This document shows, one piece after another, positions 36,700-50,170 of a stretch of 64,000 bases of DNA. Numbering within the stretch: position 1 is the first letter of the stretch; each line of letters opens with the position of its first letter. The DNA is taken from assembly GCA_050084515.1 (NCBI GenBank), contig CM114271.1, forward strand, positions 7,130,001 through 7,194,000, given 5' to 3'. A program made the position numbers and the translations under genes. The notes under the pieces were generated by a model. That model saw only the letters and a program-made list of their open reading frames with translations. It made no database searches and was not told the origin of the DNA. The stretch is from Blasia pusilla. Taxonomy: Eukaryota.

Positions 36700-39326
36700 T
36701 TATGTTTGAAGGAGTTGTTTGCGATCCACATTATGATGATTCTCAAGCTTTACTCCTTTGCTTGGAGGGTGCTCTAGCTTCACGCCATTCATGCCCAGAA
36801 CATCCGAAAGATCGCCAGAAGAGTCTTCGTCAACAAAAAACTCCTCATCCTCGTACAACATATCACCCTGCGCAAGTGCCAATGTAGAGTGAGCGACGAC
36901 CATCGAAGTCCTATGGCAACAATTCAATAGGTATACCTATAACTACAGCCAAGACAATCGAGTTGCACCTCACGCTCATATTCATATCAAGGGCATTAGT
37001 TGAAATGCTCAGCTATGAGTGATAGAACTGAGTTATACCTCTTCCTCATCCTCATCCTCATGCTTTGCTTTCATCAAAGACGGTTCCCCCACCTCATCAT
37101 TCTTGGCAAACCGTCCTCTTACTCGAGGACGACTATCTGCAAGAGTCTTCCGGCACGCATACTGCATACAATTGGGAAGTAATTTTTAAATGTAATGAAA
37201 ACTTTTTCAGCAAACAAGAGCATCCAGTAAGATTTCTAGGCTCACTACCAAGAGCCAGCAAGAAAGCAAGACGTCGCTAGTGTTTCACATGTATGGAGAT
37301 TCACATCTCTTATCATCAGGCATTATATTCCATACCATGATCATACCACGATTCAATCATTCACCTTGATCTTCTTGTTGAAGTTCCTCTGTGTCCGCTT
37401 CTGTTGGTATCTATGTATCCTTATTTTCCGCTCCTCTATGGTGTATCGACCAATCTTGAAACCACCTTCTTCATAGCTCCGGTCCAATGCAGATGGACTG
37501 CTTGGTCCTCCGGCCAATCCATTCAGTGTCTGTCCCACGAATCATGTCCCAACACAAAGCTTAAAAACAGAGGGATGACAAGTCTATGGGGTAGCGCACA
37601 GCTCGTGGAATGTGCAAGATAAAGAAACGGCAAGAGTTCAATAGATCAGTTTGAACACGTGCCATAGAACCATTGGGACGACCCCGGATTGTATGGGTGC
37701 TACAAGTACACGATGAGCATGTAGCTGCCCAGCATAGGGCAGACGAAAGCACAAATTCCAATCGCGTCGATATCCAGTGATAATCTCTAGATTGTGAGTA
37801 AGCGAATTCCGCAATTTACACATCTATTTTCCTGAAAGAAATGAAACCAACAACTGAAGCACGATGTGAGTGTATTCCACTGACAGTCCCTCCAGAGTCT
37901 ACCTGTATGTCTCCAGTGCTGTGCACCCGTCTCATGGACTGCATAAGAGGGCGCATTTGAATGTTTTGTAACTCCGACATCTGAGGATGCATAAGTGGAC
38001 TCCCACTTCCATTACTTAAGCGACTAGGTGCATCCACAGCACTCATTCGTGTGAAGTTCGTCGTCTGGTCAGACCCATGTTGAGAAGGCGCTAACGTTCT
38101 GAGTTGCCCAAGGGCATGGCTGCTGAAGCTTCTTTGCATGATAGGCGGTCGAGAAGGGTGCTGCATGGGAGGCAGTGGCCTCAGTGCATCTCCGCTGGGA
38201 TCGACTTGGGTTACAAATCCAGGACTATCTACGGCAGGACTCAACCTGTGAGCTAACCCGGGAGTTGACATGAAAGCATGCTTATTCGGTTGAATCTTCA
38301 GGCTGCTCTCTGGACCGAGCAGACCATCCACGGAATCCTTCGTATCCGCGGAGGCGCCCGGCAAGCTACGGGGAGAAGCTCCGTCGGCTGAGTGAACAGC
38401 TTGGGAAGTTGAATGCATACCATCGGAGGATGTCATGGTACTGCCGGACATATCCTGACCAGCACTGCTGGAAACAAAGGGAGAGATTCCATTCGAATTG
38501 CTCTGTGAAACTGCAGCCTGTACAGTGGGTGAGGACAAAGGAGAAGAGCAGAAGCGCTTATCTCCTGGACTGTGCGGCAGCACGCCACCAGGAGAATAAG
38601 GGCCGCCCTTAGAAAATGCTCTGGACACATTCCCTTTCACATCAAACGGTGACTGCCGATAAGCGTTATACCCCATTTGATCCAGTGACAGGGAATTGAG
38701 CTTCTCGGAAGTGGCTCCGGGCGAGAGCATGCCACTTGATTTCAACGCCGGTGAAGTGGGAGAAGCCAGAGCCGTCATTCCATTCCTCTGCATGTACATG
38801 TCTGTTGCAAAGCCAGGGTTCATGTGGGCCAGGTTGATGGACGGCTTCTGGAAGTTGCCATAAGGAGGCATAATTTGACCAGTCGCGAAGGGCTTCATGT
38901 GCGCGGGAGATGGCGGTACTGCCAAGCCGGCTTTATTCTCAACATCGACGCCGAAGGGCGTTCCCTCACCGAGGTCCGACTGTCGTAACCGAGGGAACAC
39001 ATCCTGTCCCTCTAATTCCGCTATCAAGTCATCTCCTCCCATGGTCTCATAAGTGTTGCCCTGCATTCACCCATCCCAGTTGCAATTTAGAGCTCGACAA
39101 AGCAACACGGGAGCTTCTAGCCAGACAAGAGATTGAAGGCCAGGATGCGCAATCAGGGAGACGGGGAAATTCCATGCAACGACGGACTCACATTGAGGCC
39201 ACTGGAATGGTTGAGATCATCGGAGAAGAAATCCTTCGTGAAGTCAAGCTCGTCACCATTATCAGTGAGGTCCGGGAACAGCAGGCCGGCCGATTGGGAG
39301 AATAGGTCGTCACTTTCCCCAGACAT
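36700..39326 (-). CDS. CCT-motif-family (CMF, CONSTANS-type CCT domain without B-box) protein, ~582 aa, 5 exons
   Basis: Exons 39326-39192, 39060-37903, 37529-37365, 37161-37039 and 36867-36700 are all GT-AG and phase 0. The CCT domain ERKIRIHRYQQKRTQRNFNKKIK|YACRKTLADSRPRVRGRFAKN spans exons 3-4; MRRVHSTGDIQ motif is present. Confidence 0.92.
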
Positions 39327-42300
39327 TCAGAGAGATGGCACACACCTCACTCGCCTCCGAACTCGTCCTACTCCGTGCCGTATCTCACACCCTGTATCCC
39401 ATCTTACCAACTTTCCCCTCCCGAATCTTCCACGCTCGTGCGTCTCTGGAACTCACCTTCCCTTCCCCTCTCCTCTCCTCTCCTCTCCTGCTGGGACTCA
39501 AGGGCACAGGCATGGAGCAACCGGCGCTCCACTCAGACGCAGCAGAATGTGCGACACAACTCTGCACATCACCCGCCTCGAACCTCCTCTGTCACCACAG
39601 TGCGGCCCTATCCTCGCGAACCAACCTCACCCAACGGGAAGCCTCGCACACACACGGATGGATGAGGAGCGGAGAGAGAGAGAAATCAAACGTCGAGCAG
39701 CGCAGCGCAGGGGAGATGAAAGGAGCCGAGTTGCTTCGGTACGGGGAGCGCGACACACGAGCAGCGCCTCAATGTTCGCGAAGCAGACGACAGGAGAGCG
39801 CAGGAGAGTCTGGAGCGAGAAGGGACGAAGCGGAGGGGAGGGATCGCCGGGGAGAGGCGAAAGCGAGCTGAGCCTAAGACGATTGGTGGAAGGGACGGGA
39901 AGGAAAGGGAAGAAGAAGGAGAGGCCACAAATGAGTGGAGGAGTGCTGCGCAGGATGTGGAGGGAGAGGGGGAAGAGCAGCAACAACAACGGAAGGGAAA
40001 TCTGGCGTCTCCTCACCTTGCCCTGCCACCTCCAGGAAGCGAGAAAGAAAGAAATGAATCCAACAATCACTCGAGCGCAGAGCATGCTGCCCCTCCTCCG
40101 TCCCCCCGCCGGTCTCCCCTACCGTTCCGGGCTCACGGAAAGGGAAAAAAACCGATGCCAATCTGTCGCTCCGGCGATCACCCCACCAGGCCCGAAACGA
40201 CAAGCCTATCGGCCCTGCCTCCAAACTTTGCCTCCCCTCCGCTTGGCTCCATCGCCCCGTCCACAGCACTGCCCTGCCCTGCCCGTACTACGCAGGCTGC
40301 TCGGGCTCTCCCTATAGTGCCACTCGCGCTGGACCTTCTCCGGAAGCTAAAAAGCGAGAGGGTGGGTGGCCCTGCGATCCAAGAAAGCGAGAATTCCCCC
40401 GCGAAGAGAATATAGCATCGATCTCCTCCGTTCCGTTCCGCTCTGCGGTGCACTGCCAGCACCGGCCGGGCATTCCTCGGGGCCGCGACGACGGAGGAGG
40501 GGTGTTTTTATCCCGACCTCTGTCGCGGCTGCAGTGGCGAGTCAGGCGACCAAACGTGGAAGGAAAGACGTCGGAGCAAGTCCAAATTAATGGCCATACC
40601 GACGTTTCCTTCAATGCTTGAGATTGTACGAAAACATTTTCCTACAGCTTCATAAAGCGATCCCCACTTCTATTTCGGGTAAAATCGGTGCCGCACCTTT
40701 TATGCGGATTTAAGAGAGAGCCCGTTCCAAACCACCAAAAGGGTAAAAGTGAAGAGCGAGAGGAAAACACATCAATCTGCGAACGGACCATTATTGATTG
40801 ATTATTATTTACTATTTATTATTCTCACTGCCGAGGCTGAGCCGAAAACTGCCCGGGAGGGGTTAACAATAGTGCGACTGTGGAAGGGATCCGGCCAAGG
40901 TGTAAAAGAAGACAAAAAGATGAATGGGACCCGCATCAGGGATTAAAATAGAAAATAAAAAGGGAAGTTTCTTGGAAGAGTCAGGAGTCGGAATTGAAGC
41001 CATGCATGCCCACTGCCTATGCTGCTGCTACAGTGGTGGACTTGCGAACGATCGCCGTCAGTTCGGACGTCGCTTCTCGACGGTGCACACTGCTCGAACC
41101 GCGACGGCGACGCCTCCGTCCCACACGTCTTATCTTACACCGCAATTGCAAACCTCCTATGGGGGAGACACAGACAAACAAAGAGACCTGGTTCGTTCTT
41201 TCTTTCTTTCTTTCTCGACCGGGGGCAGTCGGAGCCGTCCGTCCAAGGAAGGCTCTCCCGCCTCATCACCGGGCGCCATGATTGGAGGGAGCCGCTGCTC
41301 CACCGCGCACCCACCCTCGGCGGTGACCTTCTCCGCCCTGTTCACGTCAACACGTCAACGACGACCACGTCTCGAAGTCCTTCCTTGGTACCCCTTCGCT
41401 ACTTCATTCCCTCCCCCCCCCGCCCACGAATCACAACTCGCGATGGCGGGCGGGGCAGCCAGGGAGGGCAGAAAAGACGACAAGGAGTGAGCTCGTTCAT
41501 GCATGCATGTATATGTCTGCAATATGCGGGGCATGAACCTCGAGGCGTCACCACCAATTATCCGGTGCTGATCCCATACATGCATGGATCCATGCGATGG
41601 CATTGCATGTATTGTATTGGTACACGAAGAGTATTGTACTATGGTATCCACCAGTCACGTGGATTCCAACGCACTTTACTTTGACTGCTCTACTGACCAC
41701 TGTAATGACCCCCGCAGGTTAAATACGCCTCTCTTTTTTTATTCCTGACATATCTATTCGTATGTGTCTTTTGCATGTATCACCATCGCGTCTTTTCCAC
41801 GCCCCCACGTAAACTCCTGCTCCCATAATTTGCGGAACGCTCTGCTCCCTAATAACACTGAGATCTGCCCCATTCCAAGTCCCGACTCCCGATTGACAAC
41901 TTTTCTTCATTAACTTCCTCCTAATGGTATTCAGATTATCAGATATGATTCCATTCCCTGCCCTCACTACTATTTTTAGACACCTCGATTTTCCTCTCGA
42001 TTTAGAACCTCCATATGCCGTGCTCTTCACGCATTGGTCCGCTGTCTGCTGCCCGTCCCGCTGGATATTAAACGCACCACTCACTTTTACGAATCCTCTC
42101 ACTTCGCCGCTAACGTGCGTAAAATAAAAAAAATATCCCTGTCCTCTAATAGCATCTCCATCCCAAGACACTAAGTGGGGTGCCGAGTTTGCCCCCCGAC
42201 GGGTAAAAATCTACTCACCCTCCAGGTCCGGAGAAAACTGGACGTCCGTCATTCGGCTCCCACACAGGACTTGATAAAAGGCAACGATAAAAGTTCTGCA

Positions 42301-42420
42301 CTACAAGTCGGCTGCTGCTGCGTCTGATACCTGGACAAGTAGGACTATACAGGGTGTCATAAAAGACGACAATCGTAGTGGCATTCAAAGTTTGACGGTG
42401 TCCCTCCTTTGACATAGATT

Positions 42421-44600
42421 TTGGTTAGGGATAGATCGTTACTTTTACAGTACGTTTCCCGGGTTGAGGATGGTATTTTCCCACTTCAATCTTCACTCAC
42501 AGCTTGTAGAGACTCCCTTCTTGTTGAGGCTAGAGCAGTTCTTCCCGCTTTCTCTTCCCTAGTTACCTCCGGACAGTCTCGGCTCCAATCTTCTTTGATG
42601 GAAGCCCACTTTGATGCATTGTTTAGAGCAACTATGTCGGACGGGAATATCCCCATGGAGGTTCGGGCCCGTATTCGCTCTTGCTCCGGAAAGGGGGCAA
42701 GCTCATGGATGGGGGCTCGTCCCCTCATCCCGGCTTTCCGCATCGCACCACTTACCTACACTACAGCGATGAGGTTCCGAATGGGCCTGCCCCAACCAAC
42801 GGTGGTTGGTTCGACACATTGCGAGTGTCGCCGGAGTCTAGATCCATTTGGTGTACATTTGGCACGGTGTCCAGTTGGGGGTGATGCAGTGCGGGATATT
42901 ATGTTCTCTATTGCTCGAGAGAGTGGATTCCATGTACAAAGAGAGAGGCACTACTCCATGCGGGATTCCCTTATCCGTGTCGATCTCTACATGACGAGGG
43001 AGTCTGAGGTGGTGGTAGCGGATGTTGTAGTGACGGATCCTACGCGGGAGGCGGTGCGAGCCCAAGTTGTCGTGCGCCTACTCTCCTTGAACGTTAATCT
43101 TGTTTGTTGCGGAAGCGTGCGTTCAGTAGGTCACGCTCTCAACGTTGATCTGCATCCAAACACGCACTTTGGTTAGCCGGGACTTGGATCAATCAGCGGG
43201 ATTACTTTCCGAGTTCTCGTCTCGAACTCTCTCTTCAAGCTCAACCTTCCTAGTTTCACGGTTTCCAACACGGGCAAATCTCGAAAGACTTGGGACAGAC
43301 TTTCTGGTCGGTTCGGGAACCTGAAACGGCGTTTCGCGCCTAGCGGTTCCAACCGTCCGATGAACATCCAATGAGTTCCTCACCAAGACTCGCACGAAGT
43401 GAATGTCGGGTTGGAATCCAAGTGTGGCGTACAAAGTCCACTCCCTTGGATCAGGTTTGGGTTTCGGGTTTCCGCGCCAAACTCCCGTTTCATCTCGTGC
43501 CTCTGAAACGCCGTTTGGCGCCCAAAGTGGGGTTTCGTTTCCCGAGACATCTCAGAGAAGGTACTCCCCTTACTAGTACTTCTGGGGATTTCCGGGAGCC
43601 CCCTACATTTAGGGAAAGACACCCGGGCCCCTCCAATTGGCCCTCAACCCGATTGCTCTCTGAATCGTTTTCGGCCAATATCTCAGCCTGTACTTATGCG
43701 TTTGCTGAGATCTTTAGTGCGTTGGAAGCGTCTCAAGATCAGCTTTCCAACGCGCCCTTATTTGTCCCGAACGCATCTTGGAGCTCAACGTTATGGTCCT
43801 AAACACAGTCAGATTCTCCCAAACGCTAGTCGTGTTCCAAACTGGTTCTCACCTCTTTGGCAACCAACCTCCAATGACTCAACTCATCTCAAGTCTCGGC
43901 TCGCGTTTGGTCTAGGTTACCTGGTCGCGACCACTAACGCATGAAACGCACAACTCTGTTTCGCGTTTCGTCTCTTAGACTTTTCCAAGAGACTCTTCCA
44001 AACGCCTCTCCAAAGCGCAAACCTCACGGCGTGAGTTCCTTTGAGTTCTGATGTTTCGCTTGGCGTGTATTTGGTGTTGTTTGGTTATGAGGGTCGCGAC
44101 ACAAGTGGTAGCACAAGGGAGATTGCTACAAGGAGCGGCGGCAGTGGCGGCGGTCAAGAAGACCCACATTTATAGTCGACTTCATGACGGACATCGATTT
44201 ATCCCCCTAGCCATTGAGATGTACGGGGCCATGGGGGAGAGGTTTGACTCCTTCCTTACAAATTGCGCCCATCATCTCCAGTCGAGAAATGGGTTGTCTT
44301 TAGCCACTACGATACTTTATTGTAGGCAACGGGTCTCCATAGCTTTGCAGCGCACCCAGGAAAATGGCTTATGCGGCGGGATCAGGCGGTTGGAGAGGCC
44401 AATGCTAGAGGCCCACTTAGAGTAGTCATAGTTCTCTAGGTGTTGCTGATATTGTCTATGCTGTTGGTGATTTTGGTTGTTAGGGGGGAAGACCCTCTTC
44501 TTTCTCCTCTAGGCCGGTTCTGGCCCCTTGAGGTCTATTTTTTGGCTCGCTATGCCCCCTCTTTTGTATCGTGATAGGTTTCCCATCCTTTTTCTACATA
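42421..44600 (+). mobile_element. 5'-truncated CRE-like non-LTR retrotransposon interrupted by a solo LTR
   Basis: ORF 42421 (CEC...HLARCPVGG, RVDL, DVVVTDP) resumes after 44101 (KKTHIY, FIPLAIEMYG). Colinear with the copy at 8750-9450. Confidence 0.8.
43068..44101. mobile_element. Solo LTR (1034 bp) with 5-bp TSD CAAGT
   Basis: TGTCG...CGACA ends; CAAGT at 43063-43067 and 44102-44106. The paralogous empty site near 8945-8955 has a single CAAGT. Confidence 0.9.
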
Positions 44601-47600
44601 TATATTTTTTATTCTTTTTTATTGACATAACGAATCCGAGACGATGTCTTCACGTGCCAAATTACTACGTGTATTCGATGAGAAGGAAAGAATGAGTGTG
44701 GTGAAGAATCACATTCCTTGTTTTCAAGCTCTTCTATTTATGCGGAATCTTCAAGTTTGTGTACAAGGATTCCGTGATGCAGATACCTTCAAGTTTTACT
44801 ACTTCGGTTCTAATTAGAAAGTTTGTCTCTATAACCTAATCTTGCATTCCCTTCCAAAATAAGGAGAGTATTTCAAACTGAGATATCTTGGAAGGAATAT
44901 GGCATGGAGGGATGGAATGGTTGTTAATTGATCCTAGGCGATGATACCATATGCACGCCAATGTCGGTGTTGAGTTCTTTGAGTTTCAGATTTAGGGTTC
45001 TCCCAGTGGTTACAACCGTGGAATGAGCACTCACATCTTAATGCAAGATCAATACTGGTACGGATGGCCCTCGATCATGTCCATATAGGCGATGGTTGTA
45101 TGTTATATTTCTTTGACGAAACAACGAATTTTTTTTTAATATTCTTTTGCTCTCCAAAGAAGTAATATTACATTTCTTATCTCTTGGGGACGAAAATGTA
45201 ACTTCAGCCATTTGAATTCAATATCAAACTATGAACTTTTTTTTGAGTGTTCTTAGCTGGTGGGAAACAACAAATGAGGCAATCCTCTAAGTTTCTCTCT
45301 CCAAATCTTATCACATGGAGGAATCTATCCAGATTACTAACTTGGTTACTACTTCCAATGGTGAACTCATTACTTTCACCAAGTGTCTAAAATCTTTAAG
45401 CTTCTTTCCTAGACGGTAGGAGGACATCCCTACTTCTACATGTCCTTTCCGAGAGTAAAGAATAATTCATGACATGAATACAAGAAAATGGGGAACCCAT
45501 CGAAAGCATAAGGGGGACTAACAAAGTTGGGGAACAACAAAACCAAACACGTAGGGACCCTACTAAGAAAGAAGGGGGAAATATATATGGAGGGATGGAG
45601 AGAAAAGGGACGGAGGGGGGAGGAAAGAGCCTTCAATAGGTGGCTTCAATAAGAGCCTTAAACCTTAAACCTCTCCGTCCCTCGTCACTAGGGACCTACT
45701 TCTCCTTCTGATAGACTCTTTTGATGCGACAATGTTTAATATTACTGAAAGCAAAAAAAAACTCACACGTCCATGATATGACACCCGTATTATTCTCACT
45801 TGCTCACACACACACTCTCTCTATCTTTTTTCCATTTCTTATTATTTTATATCCGATTCTTACAAAATATGAACACTTGAAGAAAGGAAAAGGTACGTCT
45901 ACGTCACAAGAGGGGCAAAATCGTTGTTACGGCTACGTTTCCCATGTTCAAAGGAGATATCTTATTTCTTCTTTATTTATTTATTTTACAGTATTGAATA
46001 AGGACACTAGGTACCGGGTCCCCAAGGTGACGTATAGCAAAGCGGCGCGTGCCAGGCCACGTCACGTGGAGAAAATTGGACATCACAAGTGTACAAGTGC
46101 CTTTGCAGTTTCCCTTGAAAGCTGGAAGACCCATGGGATTCAACCAATCAAGGTTATATACAGGAAATGAGAAAAAAATGGTTTTTAATTCCTTTATAAT
46201 AAATAAATAGAGATCCTCGCCAGCCTCCCTTCCGTGCATGTCCGTCCAGCCGGGTTTGTCATCGACTGTTTAACGTCCGTTCATGTTTGTTTTCTATGTT
46301 TGTTTGTTGTCGTGTTTTTTACCCGTTTATCCACGTCCCCGTTTTCTATCTATTCACGTAGCATACCGCCCCACTTGGATCTCCGTCCAGCTATCCCCCT
46401 TACCTACTCATGTTCATGTTCTATTTACCTTTCTTAACGGGCATTCTTTCGCCACCTCCAAAAATCTGACGGAAATTTAGCAATAAAAATTAGGAAACTC
46501 ATTACCACGGTCCGTCCCTCCCGTGGACGACTGTGGAAGCATAGGCGGAAGGAAAAAGGACGTTAGAAGCGATGTCCGGGGAGAATCGGGGTTACGTGTT
46601 GAGATAGCCGGTAGAATTGCCGATTCGGTTTCTCACTTACCGGCCAACAATCGACGGCGTCCTTCGTATTCGTATATGTTTAGTCGGCCGGCATAAAAAA
46701 AAAGTCGAAAATTGCCGCTCAGTTTTATAGAAACCAGGAATGTACCAGTTGTCACGAAAAACAACTCCCCGGACCCTGATTAGAAGAGCAGGAAAATCGA
46801 TGGAGACGCCTTCTCTCCGTCCATCTTTCCCGTATAACGATGGAACGGCGGACGAGACGGACTCAAGCGAGGGGCTAGTCAGAAGTGACTAGCGTTCTCA
46901 CCGTCCATCCATGGCATCCAACGGTGGAAGCCAGGAAAAAAAGTGCATATAGAAGAAATGGCTGACTTTTAGAAGAATTTAGAAGAATCATAGAGGGATG
47001 AGCTTTCTGTCCGTCCATCTTCACATCGAACGGTGAAAGGGCGGAGTTTGGAGCGTTAGGAGAACAATCCAACAGATAATTAACTACCACCGAGTTTACG
47101 ACACGAGCTTTCCCGCCGCTCATCTTTCTCATCCTACGGTCGGAGCGAGAGCAAGAAGCGTGTTGGAAAGAATCAACCATCTTCAAGTCAAACGCGACAG
47201 ACAAAGTTTCCCTCCGTCCATCTACCATCTCCCACATCCAAGTTCCAACGGCCAAAGAAAGAACAGAAAACAAAAGAGTGAGTCGGAACGACGAAGAACT
47301 GACTGAGGGATAATTAGAAATTAGAAGGGAGAGTTCAAGGAATGCGAAACTAAGAGCGATTTAACTTCGTACGTGTCCCCTCCCTCCGTCCACCTCCCGT
47401 ATCCAACGGAATAAAAAGTGCGAGTTTTGCAAGAACTAGCTAGCTCGCTGACAGATACCTACGAGGAAGGGACGAGTCAGCTCCTCGTGTGACTGACTTA
47501 CAGCCCATGCGAAATTAAGAGCGATTTACTTACCTGGATAACTTCGTACGTGTTGAAGCGAAGCGTAAGCTGCGTAACTAGCAGCGACGACTAGTTCTCC

Positions 47601-48439
47601 TCCTACTAGAGACTACGACTGTTAAAAAACTGAGAGTTTTCCACTTTTAAGAGAGAGTGAGCGAATGCCATTAAATGGTCACGAAAGACACACTCAAATC
47701 TTTGTTGCCACATCAGAATCTTTTTTGTCGGGCTATCATGGACACGATTTCCCACTTTTGTTCTAGCGCTGCACTTAATGTCCTCTCTTTTACGTCCACC
47801 GACTGACTGAGTCAATTTTAGATTAATGTGCTCGTCCGATAAAGTGATCCAGCCGAAGTCCTATCATGCCCTCAATCATGCGTCCAGCGGTAAGTTTAGG
47901 CAGTAATGGGCACCTCCTCCATTGCGTTCGATATCATATCATAGATAATCAAACTATGATTGGGATGTTCACCCGTTTGGCCAAAATCCTCATCCATCGT
48001 GTTCGGGCAGGGCAGGGCAAAACCTTCAGCATTTCGGACAGCGACTCGTTCGCCCCCCTCCGGATTGTTTACCCTTGCTCGCCCCCAATTATGCTTCGAC
48101 ATTATCCCATCCCAGCCGACGACTCACGGTACATGTAACTTGAGAAAATGGGTGCTATAGCTTGAGAAAGTTATAGCACCCATTTCATACTTGCAATTGT
48201 GGCACTATGGTAAGATGTGGTCCACATGTGGATATGGTGAGGCCAATAGACGCGCACCGTATGCATGCGGAAGTTGCCCAAGAGTGTTGGGACACATCTC
48301 AAGCACAACCATAGAGGGCGCTCATGATCCATGTACTCATCAGAATCTAGAGGAAGTGGATGGATGCATAAAGAGTCCATGGAAGTTGTCGTCGATTGAA
48401 CATGCACCTATGATACATGTATGCGACGACAATGTTGTT

Positions 48440-50170
48440 CATTCCCAAATCCGACTTTGGGTTGGTGTGAAATGTGCGACAACCCACACTACAACCAAGC
48501 ACTCACCCTCATACGACCTATACTTCTCCTTTGCATCGTTTTTCGAGCGACTAGCGTAAGCCACCACGAACTCTCTACCATCATCGTCGTGTTGGGTGAG
48601 CATGGCTCTAAGCCCCAACATGCTCCAATCGGTATGCAACTGGAAAGAACGCCCCCTGATTGGTCTCCTCAATATCGGCTCGGACGTCAATCTGTCCTTG
48701 AGGAGCTGAAATGCTCTCTCCTGCTCATCCCCCCAATGCCACTCCTCATCCACCTTGGTCAGCAAGGTTAGCGGCTTTGCAATCGAACTGAAACCCTTGA
48801 CGTACTGTCGATAGAAGTTCGCCAGTCCCATGAATGCACAAACTCGACTCACATCTGTAGGGCGTGGAATACATGAAATAGCCTCTACCTTCGTTTGTTG
48901 CACACCAAGGGCCCCCCGGGAATATCGTATGACCCAAGTACTCAATCTGGTCGTAGAAGAACTTGCACTTGCCTGGATGTAGCTTCAGCCCATGTAAATG
49001 CAATTGTCAAAACACCTCCTCTAGATGTCGATCATGCTCCTCAACCGTGGCGCTAAAGACTACCATGTCATCAATATAACACCTAGCCAAATCCAGAACT
49101 GCCAATATCCTATCCATGACCCTATGAAACTCTACCAGGGCGTTCTTTGACCCAAATGGTAAGAACCGCCACTGGTTAAAAAAAAAAACCTTCCCGTCAG
49201 GATCGATACCCCAAAATGATGTCTCTTGCCTGTTCTCCAATCTGATAGGCTGTTGATGATATGCGGCTCGAAGATCTAACGAATTGAAGACCTTTGCATG
49301 CCCAATAGCATCAAAGATCTCCTCATGGGTGGGCATGGCATACCTATCGGACTTTGTCTGCCGATTGATAGGTCGATAATCTCCACACATCCGCCTATCC
49401 GTCTAGTTGCCATGCACATCCTTCTTGGCGGGTATGATACTGGCAGATGCATACTTTCCATGCAACATCTCCACTAGTCGTGCTCCAACCAAGTCCTCGC
49501 TCCTACTCTAAATCAGAGCCCTCTCCATATTACTATACCTATAGGGTTGTCGGAAGATCGGCGTGTCACTCGACAACTCAATGCAAATCCTTGGACCCTT
49601 CAACATACCCAAATCATGCATACTAAATGCAAAACAGCTCCTATAACTCCTTAGGACTGATGTATCCGGCGCCGCTCTCCTCCTGTCAACTTAGGGCCCA
49701 TATCTAGCTCCCAAGTCTCCCTCGTGACTTCAGTAGGACTCTTCGGCGCGGGTGTAGGTGGTTGGTATGGTGCAACCCTGTCTCAAACAACAGAATTTGA
49801 CTGCTCCCCTACAGCCAACTGCGAAATCATATCTCCATATGCAGTACCCGGCACCACGCTCGATGTTGTGGCTACCATCTCCTGGCGTACCTACAAAACA
49901 TCCCAAGAAGTCCAAGGGTGTCTCTCCCGATCACCCCTAGTGTGTCAATCTCCTCGGGTCTCGCCCCCAGCCACTGCCTCAACCGTCTCGGTAGGCATGG
50001 GGCTCACCAACGCAAAAGTTGTGATCTGTCGCATCCGCAAACAACGCTACTCAACTACTTCTAAGCTGAAAATCCATGTCAAGCAATTCAGGTCCATCAT
50101 CGGACCCTAGACATGGCGTCGTGATGCCTTTGATACTAGCAGAACTGCCGTCACTCCTATGGGGAATCCT
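48440..50170 (-). mobile_element. Ty3/Gypsy MTase family, copy 3 fragment (MTase motif X, RT, RH)
   Basis: SRRHV*GPMMDLNCLTWIF near 50070-50125; MCGDYRPIN, CYIDDMVVF, FQLHTDWS, SYEGECL. Confidence 0.9.

Noticed and set aside
39133-41684. Long plus-strand ORFs (394, 188 and 221 aa)
   Set aside because: They are low-complexity translations of GC/GA-rich promoter/UTR DNA antisense to or upstream of the CCT gene, with no recognisable domain.
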